A stretch of 46,756 bases of DNA from Nemertoderma westbladi (taxonomy: Eukaryota > Animalia > Xenacoelomorpha). The notes under the pieces are model-generated. The model saw nothing but the letters and a program-made list of their open reading frames with translations, was not told the origin of the DNA and made no database searches. The stretch's first letter is position 1; every line of letters begins with the position of its first letter. A program made the position numbers and the translations under genes. Where the stretch lies: assembly GCA_032718475.1 (NCBI GenBank), contig JAUCBJ010008692.1, positions 1-46,756 of the forward strand. The letters are read 5' to 3'. Of the stretch, positions 42,586 to 46,756 are shown piece by piece.

Positions 42586-45222
42586 TTACGGATCTAACTC
42601 TTCCATCCCAGTCCAACCTGTTGGACAACTCAGCGACCCAAGGGGTGATTCCTCCAGCAGGCAACTCTCCCACTGCCCCCCTATAGGTTCTCTAATTCTT
42701 CGCTCCGCTCTCCTTGTCAATTCGATAGGTGGTCTTTTCTCCTGTTTTTGGAAATGCTGTCTGCTATTTATGTTTCTGATCTCGTGGTCGTCCCTTGGCG
42801 GCAAAGTGCCACCCTTCAACGTGTCACCCGGCGGTATAATGCCGCCCCTGTTCTTCTCCTTAATCTTAGATGCCACCTCTGCTGGCCTCCCCCTTAATAT
42901 GTGTGCTGGCATTAAAGGCCTCGACGACCCCCGTTCGTCCTTCGGTATACACGGTCTCTGCCCATGTAATGCCCCTTCACACTCTGTCAGTCCCGCGTGC
43001 GTATGCAGCACGCCTCCTACTTTCCCGGATCCTTTGTCCATCACACGCCCACCCACGGGCTTCTCTGCCCCTGGTCTGATCGTCTCAAGTCTTCTCCCTT
43101 TCCATTTAGTCCTCCTGCTCGGCCTCCCCCTTGTCGGCATGCCTCCCAACCGGACCGGCATCTCTTCCGGACACTCCTCCGGCCTGTCCCCCGGACATTT
43201 TGCCGTCCGCTCCTCTCCATCTCCATACCGATGCTTGCTGGGACTCTTGTTCCAACCCATCGTCTCTAGATCTTCTGCATCCATGCCATTCTCCTCCGCC
43301 CACTCTCTTGGTGTTGCTTCCACTTCTAGCTGTCTACCACTATTGCCCATCTCTGGCCTCTCCTCTATCTCGTCGACAGTTCCTGGCACCATGCATCCTG
43401 AACTCTCAGACGCATGGAATGGTATATTACTCTTAATTGGGCCTGTCAGTGTCCACCCGAATGGTGTTAATATCGCCACCGGGTCACACTGCTTGTCTTC
43501 GCCGAAGACCGTTTGCATTCTTTCGTGGGCCGTTGGGCAGTCCATTCCTACTATGATGGATACCTTCCTAACGTCCACATCTGGGATTGAGAAGTCAATG
43601 TCGTCCAGGAATTTATACTGCTCGACCTCGATGTTGGTTGGCCGCCTGGCATTGATATTAATTGACTCTATCACTTGGATGGGGTCGATGGTTGCCCCAT
43701 AGTCGCATCCTGGTGCCACTGCTGCAATTGCGCACCGTCCTGTTCTCATCTCCAGGATCTCATCTTTGCTAGAGATGGTTGTTACCGCCATTCTGCTTGG
43801 CCTCGTTCTCAATCCTATCTCTTCGGCCACCCATTCCTCGACTAATGTGAAGGCAGCTCCACTATCAACCAGCATTAGTGTTGTTACTGATCGATTGCCT
43901 TCCCCAATCACTCGCACGGGTACTACTCCAAGTAACACCGTTCCTCTCTTCTTCGCCCCTACTGTGCTCGTCGCCATCGTTTGGCCTCTCCTCTGACCAA
44001 ATTTTACCGGCTTCTCCTTGCACTCCCTTGCTCTATGTCCACTCATTACACATCGCGAGCAGATTTTGTTGCTCAACGCATAATCTATCTGATCTTGCCT
44101 AGGTAGCGCCTGCCAGTACCTGCAGTTCATGGTTTGATGAAGCGCATTTGCGTGTAGCTGGCATTTGCTCTTTGGGTCGTAGCCCTCTTTATACAGCGCA
44201 TTGCGTATCGCAGTTGCGTTCGTACCAAAGTCCCTACTATTCTTATTGTTTGGATTCGGCCTAGTGGACATACTGGGGTTATGTTTATTCGTGTTGTTAT
44301 TGTTTCCCTGTCCGTTCCATGGTGTTGTCTTATCCTCGGCTAGCTGTGGACTTGCAGTCCCCTGCGTCGCTGCATATGGCAATGATTGCCTGAGTCTCGG
44401 TAATGCGTTTGATGTATTGTGCTCTGGTTTCGGTCTATGGTAGTCTGTCTTCGGTCCCTTTCCCAGGCTATCTTCACTATAGACTGGGTCAGTTATTAGT
44501 TCAGCCTCGTAGTTTAAGAAGTTTGACATTTCTTCTAAACCCGGTTCCGCACCCTTCTTATCTCGAGTGGAGAAGGCGATTTTCCTCCACTTGTTGCGCA
44601 GCCAGTTTGGTAGTGCCTGCGCTATCGTGGTGATGTTGTTGGACGCGTTGAGCTCGTATGGCGCGTCTAGCGTCTTCAGCACGATCAGCGCCTTTTCTAC
44701 TTTGTTAGCGAACGTTTTAATGCTAACGGGATTATCCTGTAGGCCACCCGATGTTATGCCTCTCAGCGTTTGCCTGATGATCTTGGCCGGGTGCCCGTAT
44801 TCCCTATCCAGTGCCCGCCATGCTGTCGTGAAGCCGCCCTCTATTCCTTGATATTGCCTCACGATGTCGTATGCTGGGCCTCCCGTGTATACTTGCAGAT
44901 ACTTTAGGCACTCCGCCTGCGTCAAGTTTTTTGTTAGTATTTCGTTACTATACATGCGCCGAAACTGTAGATATTCTTCCGGCCTGCTCCCATCGAATTT
45001 GAATGGTTCCACGGGTGGTAACTCGATCCTCGTTTTCAACGCATCGATCAACGTGGCCATCCCCATCGCCTGTGCTTCCAATGGATTCGATGGGTGCTGT
45101 ATAGTTTCTCCTGTCTGGTGCGGTTCGTCCGTCCTATTTCTTGACTTTCTCTGACTTGGGTATGTCATCGGGGGTAGCGGCCCCCTCCATATGTCTGTAT
45201 CACACGACCTATTCTCATCCAA
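42586..45222 (-). CDS. gag: BEL/Pao Gag core plus protease, followed by a non-RT tail
   Basis: FKFDGSRPEEYLQF..CLKYL, ALPNWLRNKW, CQLH..H..C, CSRCVMSGHRAREC, LVDSGAAFTLV, IIVGMD, TPFGWTLTGP; no YxDD or integrase core. Confidence 0.88.
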   Translation of the reverse strand: MDENRSCDTDIWRGPLPPMTYPSQRKSRNRTDEPHQTGETIQHPSNPLEAQAMGMATLIDALKTRIELPPVEPFKFDGSRPEEYLQFRRMYSNEILTKNLTQAECLKYLQVYTGGPAYDIVRQYQGIEGGFTTAWRALDREYGHPAKIIRQTLRGITSGGLQDNPVSIKTFANKVEKALIVLKTLDAPYELNASNNITTIAQALPNWLRNKWRKIAFSTRDKKGAEPGLEEMSNFLNYEAELITDPVYSEDSLGKGPKTDYHRPKPEHNTSNALPRLRQSLPYAATQGTASPQLAEDKTTPWNGQGNNNNTNKHNPSMSTRPNPNNKNSRDFGTNATAIRNALYKEGYDPKSKCQLHANALHQTMNCRYWQALPRQDQIDYALSNKICSRCVMSGHRARECKEKPVKFGQRRGQTMATSTVGAKKRGTVLLGVVPVRVIGEGNRSVTTLMLVDSGAAFTLVEEWVAEEIGLRTRPSRMAVTTISSKDEILEMRTGRCAIAAVAPGCDYGATIDPIQVIESININARRPTNIEVEQYKFLDDIDFSIPDVDVRKVSIIVGMDCPTAHERMQTVFGEDKQCDPVAILTPFGWTLTGPIKSNIPFHASESSGCMVPGTVDEIEERPEMGNSGRQLEVEATPREWAEENGMDAEDLETMGWNKSPSKHRYGDGEERTAKCPGDRPEECPEEMPVRLGGMPTRGRPSRRTKWKGRRLETIRPGAEKPVGGRVMDKGSGKVGGVLHTHAGLTECEGALHGQRPCIPKDERGSSRPLMPAHILRGRPAEVASKIKEKNRGGIIPPGDTLKGGTLPPRDDHEIRNINSRQHFQKQEKRPPIELTRRAERRIREPIGGQWESCLLEESPLGSLSCPTGWTGMEELDP

Positions 45223-45280
45223 GGGTCTCGTTGTTCTTGCTCCTATCGGGGTATATTGTTGATATTGTGATGGGGGAATG

Positions 45281-46629
45281 TCACCCTGTCCCCCCCCCCC
45301 CCCCCACCGGTATGTTTGGTACTGGGGTTGATGTTAATATGTTGGGGCCCATACACCTATCCGCAATAATTCCCCCCTCCCCTGGGTATATGTTATGTCC
45401 CTGCATGCTGTAGTCATACTGCTGTACTGGTACCGGTATAGGCCTATCAGCTTCTGGCCTACCCGCCGGTATGTATTCCGCGACTTCCGGGTTTAATCCC
45501 GTTGTCCACGCTATCCTATCGCCTACATTGCCTCTCTCAGCATGGCCTATGGTATGTGCAGTAAGGCCTACAGTATGTCCTACAGTCTGCATGTGTCGCT
45601 CGGGATCGAAGTTTATTCTTCTCGAATAATCCTCCCCGCGGCTACCGTATTCTCGATCGATAGGTGTATTCCGTCGGAAAGTTTCTCTTCGACCCCCCCC
45701 CCTCTACTGTTCTCGTCTTCGTACCGGTACATCGCGTACCCCTCCATCGGCGCGTAGTGCGCCTCGCCGGGTCGCATCTCTCCGGGGCGACGGCAATCTC
45801 CCGGAGTCCGACCCCACTGACTCTCCGTTCTCATCTCAACTACCGACGGCTCGCTATCCGTCCTCGCTCTTCTATCGTTCGCGGCGATACCTCTACTACT
45901 GTCTTCTCTTCTTCTCCTTTCAGTGGAGTATTCCCGCTCGTGAGATCTCTCGTCGACCTCCCGGTTAAACCCCACTGTTCTTCTTCCCTCTTCTGATCGG
46001 GCTCGACGCTTCGTCCGCCCTCTTACGACGTCAACCTGTCTCTCTCTGCTCGGTCGCACGCCGCTGGGGATACTCGCAATCCCCCTATTACTTTCCGTCG
46101 CCGGTTGTTGCGGTTTACCTATTTCGGCCCGCGCATTATCCGCTGACGGCTGTGGGACACTCTCTGCCCCCCCCCCCTTTCGCCGCTAACTCGCTGTTGT
46201 GGGGTTCTCGTAGCCCCCCCCCCCCCCCCACTCGCCACATCTAACTTCGCTACTCCTCACCCCTCTACTATATCCCTCTCTAGTCGACACATCAACCCTA
46301 CCGCGGTCGGGTCTATTCACCCCCGCCTCTCCCTCTGCTATTGCGTGGCCTACCAGGCCCTCTACTCCCTGCCTACCAACTATGTGGCCTACCAGGCCCT
46401 CGCTGGGTCTATTCAACCCAGCCACTCCCTGCCTACCAACTACGTGGCCTACCAGGCCCTCGCTGGGTCTACCTAACCCAGCTACTCCCTGCCTACCAAC
46501 TGTGTGGCCTACCAGGCCCTCGCTGGGTCTACCTAACCCAGCCACTCCCTGCCTACCAACTACGTGACCTACCAGGCCCCCGTCTGTCTGGCTATACACG
46601 CCCGACGTGTTTACGTTAATAGCACTCAT
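45281..46629 (-). pseudogene. gag: Gag N-terminal region of element 3, broken into fragments near G/C homopolymers
   Basis: ORFs 46186-46629, 45613-46059 and 45281-45592 are collinear with 42586-45222; long C runs lie at ~46168, ~46214, ~45694 and ~45290. Confidence 0.6.
46346..46580. repeat. 60-bp coding tandem repeat (20 aa GLVGHxVGRQGVAGLGRPSE) x~4
   Basis: GTGGCCTACCAGGCCCTCGCTGGGTCTACCTAACCCAGCCACTCCCTGCCTACCAACTAC units. Confidence 0.9.
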
Positions 46630-46756
46630 ATTGGAAACGGAATTAATTTGTTCGTTCGAAATAAAATCATTTGAATTACTTTGCGCGACTACACTATCTG
46701 AATTATTTTGTAAATTCGGGCTCGGATCATTATTTAAATTATTTGGATTATTTTGT

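Larger units (their letters stand above)
37349..46756 (-). mobile_element. BEL/Pao-derived LTR element 3, lacking RT/RNase H/integrase, with accessory exonuclease and zinc-knuckle ORFs; 5' end beyond window
   Basis: BEL-type Gag-protease, accessory ORFs, PPT GGGGGGGAG (37897-37905) and an adjoining TG...CA segment. Confidence 0.8.

Noticed and set aside
42770-43702. Long antisense ORFs (also 10708-11313, 39009-39918, 40425-40925)
   Set aside because: Shadows of sense coding frames with biased composition; no domain features.

Overview
Eukaryotic (probably invertebrate animal) genomic DNA, almost entirely transposable elements around one host exon. In order: the end of a diverged BEL/Pao LTR (1-260, +); an 18.5-kb BEL/Pao LTR retrotransposon (1099-19561, -) with ~1.17-kb LTRs, gag, pol and a large non-Env accessory ORF region; a 5'-truncated RTE LINE (19562-21847, +); the last coding exon of a CBARP-like host gene (22025-22881, +); tandem repeats; a pol fragment of a sister BEL family (25230-26996, +); then a nest in which a CR1/L2 LINE is split at TTAA by a piggyBac, which is itself interrupted by a Gypsy element (30204-36315, CCAA TSD, tRNA-Gln PBS) and cut off by a second, RT-less BEL/Pao element (37349 to beyond the window end). 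Most notable: (i) both BEL elements carry, where env would sit, accessory proteins sharing a triple-CCHC-knuckle domain, preceded in one by a DEDDy-type 3'-5' exonuclease; (ii) the end of the first BEL LTR shows a covarying RNA structure and is not followed by a tRNA PBS; (iii) the Gypsy integrase ends in a TAF3-like PHD finger. All calls rest on motifs and alignments made by eye; no searches were run.
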